Source of the DNA: Lama glama
Taxonomy: Eukaryota
Direction of reading: 5' to 3'
Length of the DNA: 64,000 bases
NCBI GenBank assembly: GCA_028534125.1
Contig: CM052818.1
Span: forward strand, 43,278,001-43,342,000
Below the pieces are notes generated by a model that worked only from the letters and a program-made list of their open reading frames with translations, was not told the DNA's origin and made no database searches. A program made the position numbers and the translations under genes. This document shows, piece by piece, positions 1 to 12,990 of this stretch; the stretch's first letter is position 1; every line of letters begins with the position of its first letter.

Positions 1-102
1 GACACCTGTTACATCCACCGGCAACAGAATCATTTCCTGGTAGCAGCACAGATGACGTGTTTGAGGCAATTGAACAAGAGATAGGAAGATAGGTACAGAT
101 AC
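1..102 (-). other. Candidate exon of a minus-strand transcript that runs off the left edge
   Basis: On the minus strand a ~65-nt T-rich tract ends ...GGTTTTTAG|GTATCTGTACC, with exon start at 102. Two frames stay open to the window edge, and ATG at 33-31 gives MILLPVDVTGV. No protein recognised. Confidence 0.3.
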
Positions 103-104
103 CT

Positions 105-172
105 AAAAACCAAAAAACCAAAAAAGCAAACAAACAAAAAAACCAAATCAAAACAAACAAACAATTAAAAAA
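105..172 (+). repeat. A-rich (AAAC)n-like low-complexity tract
   Basis: aaaaaccaaaaaaccaaaaaagcaaacaaacaaaaaaaccaaatcaaaacaaacaaac seen directly. Confidence 0.85.
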
Positions 173-599
173 TTCTTATTTTCTGACATCATGGAAAAGA
201 CTTACAACTGACATTAGACCTGTCAGTATAACCTGAATTTTACGAAATGTTGCCTTTCCCCCCTTACCACTATTTCCCTCCTTCATCATAAGTAGCATTA
301 TTTTCAAAGATACTTATTACATGTGCTTATTAGATCTAATCCTGCTGCCATCCTTCCTTCCACCATGTAATCATCAACACCATACAGACGCGTTGGAAAG
401 ATGCAGGAAAGAAAGAATCTGAAGGTGAGCTCCACGATGTTCTCAGTGGTGTCTGTCATTCCAGGCAGATAAAAACCAAGGGAATAAACAGACTTCGTGG
501 AAACACACATGAGCACAGGAAAGATAAGAAATACCTGCTTTTAGATCAAAATATTTAAAGAAAACAGCCGTCTCTGTATCGGCGGTACAGGACTGTTTA

Positions 600-800
600 A
601 GGATCACTGGATTTGGTGCTCTTTTGATACCACTGACTAGGCGTGTTACTTTGGATTTTTTTACCTAGTCTTTTTGAGTGTTAGCTTCCGCATTTGTAAG
701 ACAAAGACAGCAATGAAAAAAATTTTAATAACTTATTACAAGAATATTGTGACTCTTATGTAATAGAAACATACATAAAACCTTTGGTATATATAGTCTG
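600..800 (+). mobile_element. MIR SINE, decayed
   Basis: ccactgactaggcgtgttactttgg...agcttccgcatttgtaaga resembles the MIR core ccacttactagctgtgtgaccttgg...agtttcctcatctgtaaaa. Confidence 0.6.
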
Positions 801-1469
801 ATTTTTCCATTGAAAATTAATCCTTTAAAAAAAAACCCGTAATTTCTGTAAGTGCTGATTTAAATAAACAACATGTGTTTGTTTTCATAAAGTAAAATAC
901 ATCGAGCTGGGACAAAATTTAAATTGTAGTTTAGCCTCTCAGTCTGTGTCAAATTACAGCATAAATAAGTGGTTGAAAAATGATAGTTTGGTTCAATTGA
1001 TCTATGCAAAAGAGTTTGCCTGTTGCATCTAGCTCACTTGGTTTGGGTTTAGAGTCTGTTTCTAGACCAGCTTTAATAAGTAGTCAATCAATAAAGCCAA
1101 TCTATTCCCCCTTTTGGAAATAAAGTGTCCAAGTTCATGCACCCAGTTCGATCAGGCTACATTTACTCTATTACAAAAGGTCAAGTCCCTCAATGTTTCC
1201 ACCAAGGCCAGCGTCCTAATGCCTCATAACGTGGAAACCCACCGCAGCCCGGCCTCTGCCTGCCCATCCGGACAGATAAGCTGAGGCTCCCCCTCCAACC
1301 ACTGCCCTCAGACGCCCAGGGTCCCAGCCACACTAGAGAAAAGTCACACTGCTTTTTCAAAATGATTCTTTCCCTTTTCCTTCCTGTCCTTGCGGATTCC
1401 AGCTTCTGGTCCAAATCCTATCTGTCTTCTCTCAGGTCCAACCGTACGGAATTGCAGAGCATTGCCCAG

Positions 1470-1960
1470 TAGGACTCACGGGGGGAAGCTGTCCTCCCTG
1501 CACCCGCCCTGGAGCACGGCCAGCCCACTGCGGTCTCCGGAGGGAGAACCAGTCAAGGACTCACCCCTCCCAGGCCGGCTCATAACATACGTGGCTGTAC
1601 CCCAGCCCACCTGCTTCCATCGGGAGCCAGCTGAGGGGGAGACGGGGCTCAGCTGAGGTAATTTTTAGGAACCTCTGCTGAAATCTTCCTATAGGGGGCC
1701 TTGAGGACCACACTCCACTCTGCTCTGACCCAGTACTTCTCCACTCTCAGGCACTTCACCTCCCCAGCCCCGACCCCCGCAGGTCCATAAAAAGACAGGA
1801 AGCTTTTGTTCAGCCTCTGGGCAGTGACATGACCACTCCCATCCGCAGTCCCTATCACGTGATTGACCCTCACCCAGAGGCTTTCTGAGGGAAGAACGGA
1901 GCACGAGGGAACCAGCACCTCTTGTTTATAGTCACAGGAAGAATGAAAGCTTGATTGGAA
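1470..1960 (-). promoter_or_regulatory. Candidate minus-strand promoter and first-exon region
   Basis: Locally GC-rich. Minus-strand CCAAT (1958-1954) precedes TATAAA (1930-1925). Palindromic E-box ATCACGTGAT at 1854-1863. Minus-strand donors GTGAGG (intron start 1873) and GTGAGT (1564, 1479). Confidence 0.35.
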
Positions 1961-2139
1961 CTTTCAGTTTGGCTCCTTGTCCTGACTACCTAGACACCTT
2001 GCAGCTCTGCCTAGCTCCTTATACGCCTGGAAAAGTTCTTTAATGCTGCGAGGCACAATAAAGTGCTCTCTTACAGTCTTCCCTCCTCCGACTCATAGGA
2101 AATTGATCCAATCCCCACACTATAAATGTGTTTTTGTCC

Positions 2140-2320
2140 TACATATACCTCTACACATATGATAGTATCATTTCTCATATGGCTTTAAAATTGCAAACTC
2201 TTTTGACTTTTTTGCCTAAGAGACATAAGGCTTTTGCGGAGACAGTCTGTCACAGTCGTTTGCCCATGTAAACTATGACAATGTGTGACACGTTAGTGAA
2301 TAATATAAATGTTCAATGAG
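2140..2320 (+). mobile_element. L2 LINE 3' fragment
   Basis: Ends with the L2-like ...gtgacacgttagtgaataatataaatgttcaatga; highly diverged. Confidence 0.4.
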
Positions 2321-3689
2321 CCAATCTTATCAAAATGTAGTAAATGTTTTAAATGTTTTAAGATCTGCTTCTTATGAAGATGTATATGATTTGTGTTGCT
2401 TTATATAACTTATAAGAATAAGAAAACAATACAATGCAACACCTAATATTACACATTATCACAAAGTGAGACGTTTAAAAACTAATTTTCTAAGTAACTG
2501 AGGCTTGCATCATTAAGTGTCATTTCCTTTTATTAGCTTAAGCATTTGCTCAGTGAGTGTCATTCACATTTTGTTGCCTAATTCCTCTTTTTAAATAACT
2601 CACTGATATGGATTCAGAGAACCATCAGTTTATATTCACATTTACCTTCTCCCACAAATAGGGCAAAAAAATGGCTCCTGCAGTTTGAAATCTCTCCAAT
2701 TCTGCACTGTTAATAAATACGCCAATGGCTGCTGTTGCTGTAGTGGACTGGTTATTAAAATTAAAATACAATTATTTATGCTATGTGGATACAAAATGAA
2801 ACAGAAATAATTTACTCATAAAGTCATATACAAAAATTATTCACAAAACATTTCCTAAGCATTACAGTATCGTTGAACTTAAGCTTTGCAAAAATATATC
2901 GTCACTTAAATAACAGCATTATCTTAAACTGATCGAGGTAGTTACAAGATTAAGGGATACAATAAAAAAATGGCTCAAAATCCTTGGTGTGATAGAATGT
3001 TCGGTAAAATTCTCACTTTAACCATTGAAAGACTCTTCTCCTTCTAGGATGTGACGATGTGGGTTATAGTCCAGCCTCAGGAAAAATAACAGTAAGACAA
3101 CCCTTTGGAAAATAAGAAATTCGCATGGCTATTGGGAAAAATGGAAACCCCTTAATGGAGTTTCTGAGGAATGTATGTCCAATCATCTTCCTGAAAGAAG
3201 TTCCTCTGCTCACAAACAGTCCCCTTGGATCCTTTGTTAATGAAGGCCTCAGATTGGAGGGGAAAAAAAAGAGAAACTATTTGGCATTGTTTACAGTGCT
3301 AGTTCAGAGGAAAGAAAAGCCTTTTTTTTTTTTTAGAAGCAGGGTCATACACTGGCAAGGGAACATAAGTGGAAAAAGACATGGCCAAGTATTCTACTTG
3401 AAAAACCATCTTGTAATTTGATAGATTTACTTATTCTCCTAATGATTATATCAGATATTTTATCCATCAGTTCATCTTATTTTGGGCATTTAAGTCCTTC
3501 CTTAGTGCACTTTCAGTTGCCTCATCTTTTTAAAATAGAGCTCACAGATCAAGGGTTCTCTTTCTCCTTTGGGAGACTTAAAATGAGCATAATGATATTA
3601 ACAATGTTCTGGTGTAATTTAAAAATGCCTGGACTCAGTCAGTTACTTCTGAATAGGATGTAGTAGATATTTGGAAGCCATTGCATTCA

Positions 3690-4320
3690 ATAAATACAAA
3701 CATACAAGCAATGAGTTAAAAAGAAAAGAAGAATGAATCACATGATCCAAGTTGTTAAAACACTGAACAGCTATGGATGCCAAGAAGCCTTGAGGAGCTA
3801 AAATTGTAGATAGGGAAGAACATTTGCTAGCTGAGGTGGTGGGCCATTGTCTTCCCTGGGAACTCGGTGTCCAAGCCTGGGACAGGGAGAGGATCTGACT
3901 TCCTGCCAGTGGTAGAAGTAGTCTACTTGGGAAAGTAGAAAACAGTGGAGCTTGCCTCATAGCTTGAGAGGTTTGTCAGCTGCAGAATACAAAACTCACA
4001 GTTTGTTTTCCCCACTATGCTTTGCTAGGGCCATGCATAAATGTGGGAGTCTGGAAAGACAGAATTAAATCTTCTAGAGTTTTTTTGATGCTTAAGAGAT
4101 AAAACTTTCTCAAGAACAAGTTATCCCCATGCAGCATCTGCTAGATTTCCAACCTGAATAGGAAAGCGGGCTAAAGAGCTAAGCTCAACACATCCAAAGG
4201 CACAAAATTTCAGGCCAGATGAGAGAGACATGTCAGGAGGAAGCCACATGGGAAAGAAAAATAATATTAAAAAACAAAAAACAGAACAGAGAAAAACCCC
4301 AGAGTCTCACAGTATAGGAA
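3690..4320 (+). mobile_element. Old L1 (L1M) 5' region fragment
   Basis: Resembles old L1 5' ends (tgggagtctgg...aaaaaacagaacagagaaaaaccccagagtctcaca). Confidence 0.45.
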
Positions 4321-4329
4321 ACAATATCT

Positions 4330-5550
4330 TTTTGGTACCCAATGTTTCCATTAACTTTGAAACTTTTTCAGTCATTATTTATTCAAATATTCCACCAACC
4401 CCCTTTGCAGGACTCCAATTAGAGATGGTAGACAGATTTTTTTCCACATGTCACTATGTCTGCTTTATTTTGTCTTTGATTTTTCTATATTCAAGTTTGC
4501 CTAGCTTACATTGTTAGGAAATCAAGCTCACTATTAGTTGTTGTTTTTTTCCTGTAGTGTCAAGTCAGTTCTTAAGGCTATCCAGGAATGTTTTAATTTC
4601 CGTTACTGTATTTTCAGCTTCAAGTTTTCCATTTGATCCCTGTCTTCTGTTGCTTTGCCTATAATTATAAATATATTTATTATGCTAATGTCATTTAATA
4701 TATGTTTTTACAGTTGCATTTAAATCCTTATCTGCTAACCCTATTATCTCTTTTACTTATGAGCCTACTTCTTTTATCTGATTTTTTCCACCTGCTTTTG
4801 TATCATAAATTCTTGCTTTTCCATGTTTCTTCTAACTTTTGACTGAATGCTTGACATTGTGAACATTCAGCTGTTCACTGATTTTGTTTTCTTTCTGTAA
4901 ATATTGCCATATTTTGTTTCAGTTGGCAGGTAATTATTTGCAGGTAGCTTAATTATTGCTGTTTTACATCTTTTTAGGGCTTTTATTCTAGCGCCAGTTT
5001 AGCCTTACTACTAAGGTGTGTCTTTGTGGGGGATCTCCTGAATGACCAAGGTGTTTAACGAGATGTCTCTGCCCTTGTTACTCAGTACCACTCAGATATT
5101 TTTCAGGTGTGTGCAAGGTCTGAGAGTTGTTCGGTTTACAGCTCAGTAGTAGTTCCCTGCCTGACCTCGTGCAGTTTCAACTTTTGCCTGGCAGTGTAGT
5201 ATTCAACAATAGCACTGAGGGACTTGCATGCTGTGTCTGGGGTCCTTTGCTGTGTAGTTCCATCATCTCCTGTACTCCACTCCGTGAAATCAAGTCCCCT
5301 CACCCTCCCCAAAGTCTAGTCTCGTTCTCTGCGTCTCAGAATGCTAGCTTCAGCTTGTGTTCCTCTTCCTGCACCTCATCCCAGAAGTGCACCAGGGCTG
5401 GGAGCTGGGCTCTTCAGGGGGCTCACCGCCTTATCTCCCTGCTCTTTGGGATCTGTGCTCTGAACTGCCTGTTGATAAAGTGGGAAAATTCTTGTCTTAT
5501 ATGTAATGTCCAGCTTGTATGGGTTTATAGTGTTAGGGCAAACACAATGG
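4330..5550 (-). mobile_element. Old L1 (L1ME-like) ORF1/5' region, antisense
   Basis: aaactttttcagtcattatttattcaaatatt...gactccaatta...ttttaatttccgttactgtattttcagcttcaagttttccatttg is the typical antisense L1 ORF1 pattern. Confidence 0.65.
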
Positions 5551-7189
5551 AAGATAATGCCAGAAGAATTCTGATTTAAAAAAAAAATGTTCATCATCAG
5601 CTTTCTCACAAAATAGTTGTGGTTCATTTACTCTTTGTAAATAAAAAGATGCATATTTTCTAATTTTGATGGCTAGAATTTGTATTTAAATTGTTGGGAA
5701 GTGTCAGCTTTTTGTACTCTCCACAACTAATTCTGAGTTTATTTGTGCTCCATAGGATTCTTAATTTAACAGGAGTAATGTTTTTAACCTAATACTGTAT
5801 CCTACCAAAAAAAGGTTCCTGTAAGAACAACATAAAAATAAATATGTATGCTTTTAAACTGAGTTCAAAATAACATTTACAATAATGTCAAGTATCAGCC
5901 TTGGAAGACTAAAGTTTTAAAAGGGTTAATTGGATCCCATGAGCCATTTGGGGGAAAAAAATCAAACTATTATTAGAATTAACTTAATTATTTGTTTTAT
6001 TTGACGTATCCGATGACTCTAGCACTAGTATCAGTTAACTGCCTATAAATTCTCTCTTCTGCTAATGGAGTCAAAAAATAACATTTAAAAAAATTATACC
6101 TGGGACAACTTGGACTTCAAGATGAATAGAACTGTTTAAAATAAAACATAAAGGTACTTCTGGAACTCTGTTAAATTGTCATCTTCTGTGACATCTTGTT
6201 AAAGCATCAACTAATGGTGAAGGAGATGCTGAGGCTGTCTCAGCAGGGTTGTCTGACGGGTTTCCTACCGTTGGTAATATCACTGTAACTCCCTGGTGGG
6301 AAGTAAATTCAACAGAAACATTTTGTGCAAGCTATAGATTCATTATCTGCTTTCCTGAAGAATGAAAATGTAATTCTTATGTTTTCATTAAACATTTACT
6401 TTGTTGATCATTGCTGCTGGGAGGCTTTTTGCAAAAATACACATACAATTAATATGTAAAAAAACATTGCCAACAAGATAAATCAATATATATATAATTT
6501 CACTGTATATCATATGAGCTACAGACCACTCTCTGTAGGTTTCTGGCTGCACTGCTCAGCCTCTGTTTGCTGCACGTTTCTTATATTCTTAAGCTCTAAT
6601 TTTTCACATTTTCCACTGACTGCACTGACTTTTTGAAAGCTTAGTTTTGCTTGAAGGCTAAGGCATCAGCTACAGCAAAGCTGGTTGGTACATTTAATGT
6701 GTGGCAGGCAGTAGTACTGAACACTTTCTGCTATTAATACCCAGGATTAGAATTTGCTGTCCATAATCATTAGTGTCTGAATTTGCTTTGTACTATTTTT
6801 CTTTTAACACAAAACACCATATGCTGCCTAGAAGGGAGGGTGCAGGTTAGATTGCATATGAAAGTTTCATAAAAAGAGATGAATCACTATGATCATTTTT
6901 CAGATTAATCTGTGTTACATAGAGTAACTCTTATTTACTAAAAATGGATCTCATGAATGAATTGATGGCAGAAGCCACAAACACAAATAAAAGTTCTCCA
7001 AATCCACCTTAACTTACTTTAATGCCACTTTTAATTATTATACTTTATGTTAAAATTTAAAATATGGAATCATTTATAACATAGAGTGCTGGTACAAGAG
7101 GACTACACCAGAAAGTTCCTAGGCAAAAAGACATCTGGTCACCCTGTCTTAGGGTCCACCATCCCCGTTGTGGATCTTAGTCAAACGTT

Positions 7190-7345
7190 TGAATTATTTT
7201 CCTGGTTTCTGTTATTTACTTTTTGTGTACCTTCCACTAGGCAATGAAAGCAGAGACTCTGTCCACTGTTCTTTGATCTGTTGCCAACAATCGATGATAT
7301 GCTTAGACCACCTTAAACCCATAAAAAAATGTTTATTGAATGAGG
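7190..7345 (+). mobile_element. L2 3' end
   Basis: atgaaagcagagactctgtc...aaatgtttattgaatga matches the L2 terminus. Confidence 0.6.
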
Positions 7346-7659
7346 AGAAAATAAGACAACACATACATAGTCTCAAAATTTAAGAGAACGATATGAAGTT
7401 CCAGAAAATGATTTGATTAGCAGTGTCAACTGTACAGCCCAATTTGCACTTCAAATGAATCTTGAAAAAACACAAATGCAAATGAAATAATTAATTTTTA
7501 AAGCGTTTTTTTTGTGTGTGTACATAGAATTGTTTTAGGTGAAATGGAGGAAAATAATGACAAAACATATACAGTCCTTGATAATTGCGATTGTATGTGT
7601 GAAACGGAAGTTGACAAATATCACGTATACATAATAAGCGCCAAGTGTTTAGAAAAGAA

Positions 7660-7990
7660 AGGATTCATGGCGGACTAAAGGCATCAGTGAGATGTTCACA
7701 GAAGGAAGCCTGAGCTGGAATTTCAGAGAGAAAACTCTTTATAAAAAGATGTTCTTGGTAATAGAGGAAGATCACGTGCAAAATGCTGAGATGGGGCTGC
7801 GTCTGGCTCTGTAGAAGACATTGATAGAACAGCTAAGCTGAGGAAAAGCTTTTGCATAAAAGAGCAGTCAGTGGAAAGCAACTAGAGTCAGGTTGTAAAA
7901 GCTCTTGAAAGGCAAGTTTGTAAGTCTAGACTCCAACTTGTCCAAAGTCATGGAAATCATATAAAGAAAGAATAAAAATTCTAAAAGTAG
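7660..7990 (-). mobile_element. L2 fragment, antisense
   Basis: gaggaagatcacgtgcaaaatgctgagatggg...aggttgtaaaagctcttgaaaggcaag resembles antisense L2. Confidence 0.5.
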
Positions 7991-8044
7991 TTTAAGGATA
8001 AATTTGAAGAAATGGTTATTAAATTTGAGCTGGATGAGGGAGTC

Positions 8045-8260
8045 TTTGAATTGCAAGTGTCAGAAAACCAGGCTCAAACTAGCTTAAAGAGTAAGTGGAT
8101 TTATTAGGCTATTGCAAATGAGAAATCCAAAGGTGGCTGTCTTCGGGCATGGTTCAATAAAGGAATTAACTCTCGTTCTCTAACATTCTGCTTCCTATTA
8201 TGTTGGCTTGCCTTCTTAATTGTATGGCTACATTCATCACTACAACACAGCTTCCATTAG
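8045..8260 (-). mobile_element. MaLR LTR fragment (MLT1J/K-like)
   Basis: ttgcaagtgtcagaaaaccaggctcaaactagcttaaag...gatttattaggct is the characteristic old MLT1 end. Confidence 0.65.
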
Positions 8261-8859
8261 CGACTGGAGCTATGAGATTTCTGGTCCTTTCCAAATCACA
8301 ATGCTAGTTCCTAAAAGTAAACCTGGGTACTTTGGGAAGGAACTAGAAATGGTGAATATCCATCCACCTATTCTGCAAGCAGTGGGAGCAGGATAAATTG
8401 TGATTTTTTTCTCTATGGTTTTATTGTGCTAGAGATTACAGGTTATCAGTTATATATTTATATATTAATTTGTTAAAATTCATCAGCATAAATATACTCA
8501 TAACATACTTTCAGTTTTGGTACCAGATAATTTTATGATAAAGATGAGCAAAAATATATAAAATTTATCTTAGTTTCTGGGTGTCTATGCATATGAAAAC
8601 AATTAGCAATTTTCTGACCCATAACACAAATTAAAATTAAACTGCAGTAAAATAAAATGGACAAATGAAATATTTGGCGTATTTGCAAAAACACTAAAAT
8701 ATGACTTTTTCCATATGACCAAGAATACACTAGGGATTTTTTTTAATACTAGAAGAGCAAGTCTTTTAAAACTTCCCTCCTTGTCTGTTTGATGTTTCAA
8801 TATAAACTCAGTTAACACGTGGAATGGGAAGAAAATGTGTGAATTATTGAACAGTATAT

Positions 8860-9025
8860 GACAGACATAATTATGTATGACCTCATTTAATTCATCTAAT
8901 GGCCCTTTGAATTATTGGGAAGAAGGTAACTATGGAAGACAGAGGGGATACATAGCTTGCCACGGTTCACACAAACTGTCCAGTAGCAGAATGAGCATAT
9001 TAAAACAAACAGGCTACCTGAGAAG
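8860..9025 (-). mobile_element. MIR SINE, antisense
   Basis: acctcatttaattcatc...agcttgccacggttcacacaaactgtccagtagcaga. Confidence 0.5.
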
Positions 9026-10446
9026 GCAATTCCTACCCTTTTCTGGTGGTTTAACTTATTAACTTATCGTATTTTCAGTGGACACATTCAAAGTGAGTCT
9101 CGTTAATTTCCTAATGAAGGGTGTCTAGGTGATCGCTTTTCTGGATCCACTTCTTGGTCCGTGTCTTCCAGTAAGTAGAGCTAACATTTTTCTCCCGCCT
9201 CCTCTTCACAGCTGCAAGACCAAATCTCTGCTTTTTGGTGGTGAAGGCAGTTTAGGTCTGCTTTTCCTGTGGACAGGTTCGATCTTGCGTGGAGGTAACA
9301 GAGCAGGGTTAGAACTGTCGTAAGCCACCGGTATTTCCATGCCTTTTACCACCACTCATTTAATGGAGTTTAGAATTCAGCTGACTTCTTTGTTCCACAA
9401 TCAGAAAGACTAAGATGCCAACATTTGCTAAGAGTGTCAGAGCCTGGTTTATCTTCACAGCAAGGATTAAATGACTGGTATGCATTTAATTTAATTTAGA
9501 CAGGCTGCGCAGATCAGGGAGTGACAGTAAACTGGGGAGAATGGGGGGAGGATAGTTTGCTAATTAGTAGGAAATCCTCAGAGGGGAAACACTGGGAATA
9601 GTAAAATATTCTCCCTTGCTTCCAAATACCTCTTATGATGGATGGGAACACAAGTGGGAACAAATGCCAGGGTTGCCTGTATCTTACATTAACTATCAAA
9701 AGCATACTATAGGAATTATTTCTAAATTCAGGGTTTTGTCTTCCCATCTGTTGTGCATACATGGCTTACGCCTACAAAATCTGCCTTTTACACCTCTTTA
9801 AAAAAAAAAGCAAGCTTTCATAGAGTTATTCCATAATATTTTATGTCTTGAAATTACTGGCTGTAGCATTTTAAATAAATTAGGAGAGGTTTAACTAATT
9901 TTTTTTTCCTTCACTTAAACACCTCGTCTGAGGAACGTGGAGCTGTTTGTGGGTCCCACCTCTTTCACTTTGCGTTTCTCTAGAGAGAATATAAAACTCA
10001 TGGGTGTTTTGCTTTCAGTTACTAAGAAGAAACATGAAAATTTTCTCCAACAAGGTCACTAATCATCCCTAGCAATCACGGAATTTGTAAATGTCACTGC
10101 ACTTGTTCACATTATCTCCAGCCACTAAGACAAGTAGGATGACCTTGCTTGACTGCTAAGTTTTGCTCTTCTCTGACCTCTAAACTATACATGCTTGAAG
10201 ACCATCAGGGAACTGAAAGCTGGAATTTCCCCCAAGGAAGTTGCTTAATCAAACCCATTCAATGTGTTTATATTTATGTTGGTTGACCACTTGCTGTGCT
10301 ACCTTTAAATCCCATTTTCTTTTAAAGTGCTTTCTTTGCCTTTTTAGTTGGTAAAGTTCTTGAGTAGGAAATTGTAGTCTCTATTTTCTAAGCAAATGAC
10401 AAACTTGTTCAACTTTCTTTAGCAAATATAAATTAAATTCAACTGT

Positions 10447-10497
10447 ATCTATATCTATCTATCTGTCTATGTATATATGTGTATGAGAGAGAGAGAG

Positions 10498-10540
<43 letters not shown>
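10447..10540 (+). repeat. Compound microsatellite: (ATCT)-like, then (GA)8 and (GT)20
   Basis: (GA)8 at 10485-10500 directly followed by perfect (GT)20 at 10501-10540. Confidence 0.97.
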
Positions 10541-10545
<5 letters not shown>

Positions 10546-12559
10546 CCTAAGATATGTATTCATGAAGATATATTGAGGCATTCTTTTTTAAGTTAATCAA
10601 GTTTCTAGTGTCATAAGAACCTGATAAGCCTCTTGGAAGAAACCAGACTGACTAGTTCAGCCAGATACCCCGTATCCAACCTGACAATTAGGCAGCCTGT
10701 ATAAAATCATTAGTCTTAACCTTCCAAGCAAGGGTATTGGATGTGCAAATAAGTCATATTAAAGGGAAAGAGAATCAGGGTACATCCCTTTGGTTTCTTC
10801 GATTAAAAAAGGATAATTGGAGTGTCTCACGATGTGGTGTCATTAAAATTGACCCTTATCTCAGCTCCTGGAGAATCTATGATAGTGTCACACAATGATC
10901 TGATGAGAAAAATCCCTGCAGTAGACCAATATGTCTTGAGTCACATTAGGGTGGTAATCATAGTATGGAAAACTTGCAAGGCATCGTCTGAGTGTATTTG
11001 ATAGGGAAAGAAGGCAGTATTAACAAGTGCAGAACTTGTCTGATCAAACTAAGACCTCTATCCTCTCTAAAATAGTAAAGAAGAACAGAAATGAGAAAAA
11101 AAATTTCCTGTCCATGTCGAATACCATCCTCACAGCAAATCTTTCCCAACACCACTACATACTTGAGGGTGAAACCGTAACTTCATATAGAAAATACAGA
11201 ATAAGCAACTAGAAACTCAAAGGTTGAGTGGTAGCACTAACAAAAGAAGGAATATGATGCCACGTTACAGAAGGAGAAAGAAGAGACTCAGGGTTATTTT
11301 TTAAGCAATTGTGTTTTTAGACATGTTCTGTTTTTTATTTATATTTGAATGAATATAGTACCTGCTGGAAAGTCACACTGGACTCAAAGGGTATGTTTCT
11401 TTTATCAGGATGTATTTCTAAGTATACAGAATAGCAACTGGGGGAAAAGTGATAAAGATGACCAGTTGACAAGAGGAAAGCTGGGCAGGTGCTACAGTGG
11501 TTATTGGGGCTGAAGGAGTAAGAACAAACTGTGATTCTGTCTGTTAATTTGGTTCAGTTTTGCTGTCTGCCCATTTCACTTCATGTCATGAGTGGCTCTG
11601 GGAGCAGCAATGGTGCTTCTTGGGCTTCTGGAGGTAAATGATGGTATTATTATGAAAGCCAAACCATCAACCCTTACATTTATCCTGGAGAGTGACAATT
11701 AAAAGTAAAATCTTACTGCCTACATGACTTTTCTAATTCTCTGTCTTAATTAGCTTAACTTTCTCCCCACAACAGTCTCTTCCCCAGACCAATAGTTTGA
11801 TTGCTCATTAAAGGAATTTTTCAAAAGATCACCAACTCTTAAATGGATATTATCAGCAGTTTGCTGTGTCCTAAGTATCATCGAATGTTGTTTCCAACAA
11901 TCCCGTACTTTTGTATCATGATTTGAACCCAGTCTTAACCAAAGACCTCCCTTAAAACAAACTTCCAATTCATTCATGTGATATACCGCCAAAGCTTTGT
12001 TAGATAATATTCTCCCTAACCTGGGATTGTAATACATCCTGCTTTGTCTTATGAACAGATTGTGTTGGTAACTTTTAGAGAGTCAGCTTCTGACAGTTTT
12101 TGAGGCCAGTTTGACAGTGATATAACCTTGATAAGCAATTCCACTTGTTTCTTATTAGCCGTATCACCTTCCTTTATCTCACCTGACTATATCCAGCAAT
12201 ATTCTCTTTCATAGGCATAAAAATCCAATGGTACCAGTCATGTACACAATACTTACATTTTTTCCTTCAAGAGGAAAAAACAAAATTGAAACTGTAAATT
12301 GTAACAGTTAATCTTTTTTTCCCCCCTACACATTGTAAGAGATATTACTGTCTGTCTCAAAAGTTAATTTTGGAACTTCTGCTTCCAATACGACTGCATA
12401 AACTTCTATTGGATTATTCCTTCCAAAGATAAGTACTCTAAACTCTGGGGGGAAATATAGAAAGTAAGCAGAATCTGGAAATAAATATGCACTTGTAAGA
12501 ATAGACAAGCACTGGGTGATTTTATAGATTTAAGAGCTTTTAGCCTGAGAACAAGCCAA

Positions 12560-12990
12560 ATTCAGCACCACATGAAATGGCTAGAATTTCAAAGAAAATA
12601 TAGTTTTTCTGGCATGAAGATACAGTACAGTTTCAGACAACTACAGCCAGTGGAACGTAAGAGTGAATTTAGTAAAGAAGAGATCCAGTGAGGGAAGCCT
12701 GAATTCTGTGTATGTACACTGCCCATATCTCTGGCTGTGTGGTGCAGATTCCATGAATTGCAGTGAAATTTGAAACTCTCCCCAAGAAACAGAGTTGGTA
12801 GTTTGAGTTCATCCAAGTTAACTGCCTACTAAAACAAACAAACAAAACCAGTACTCTTAAGAAAACTATAACATAATTTGAATCTCCAAAACAAAGCAGT
12901 CAAGCAGGTGGAATTTACAATTATCCAACATACTAAAAAAAATAACAATAGCAAGAGAAGAAAACCATGAGCCATCCTTGAAAAATAATA
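12560..12990 (+). mobile_element. Old L1 (L1ME-like) 5' region fragment
   Basis: cctgaattctgtgtatgtacactgccc...agtttgagttcatccaagttaactgcctactaaaacaaac matches old L1 5' ends. Confidence 0.6.

Noticed and set aside
41..62. miR-15/195-family precursor
   Set aside because: Only the first 12 nt match, and there is no complementary star arm to form a hairpin.
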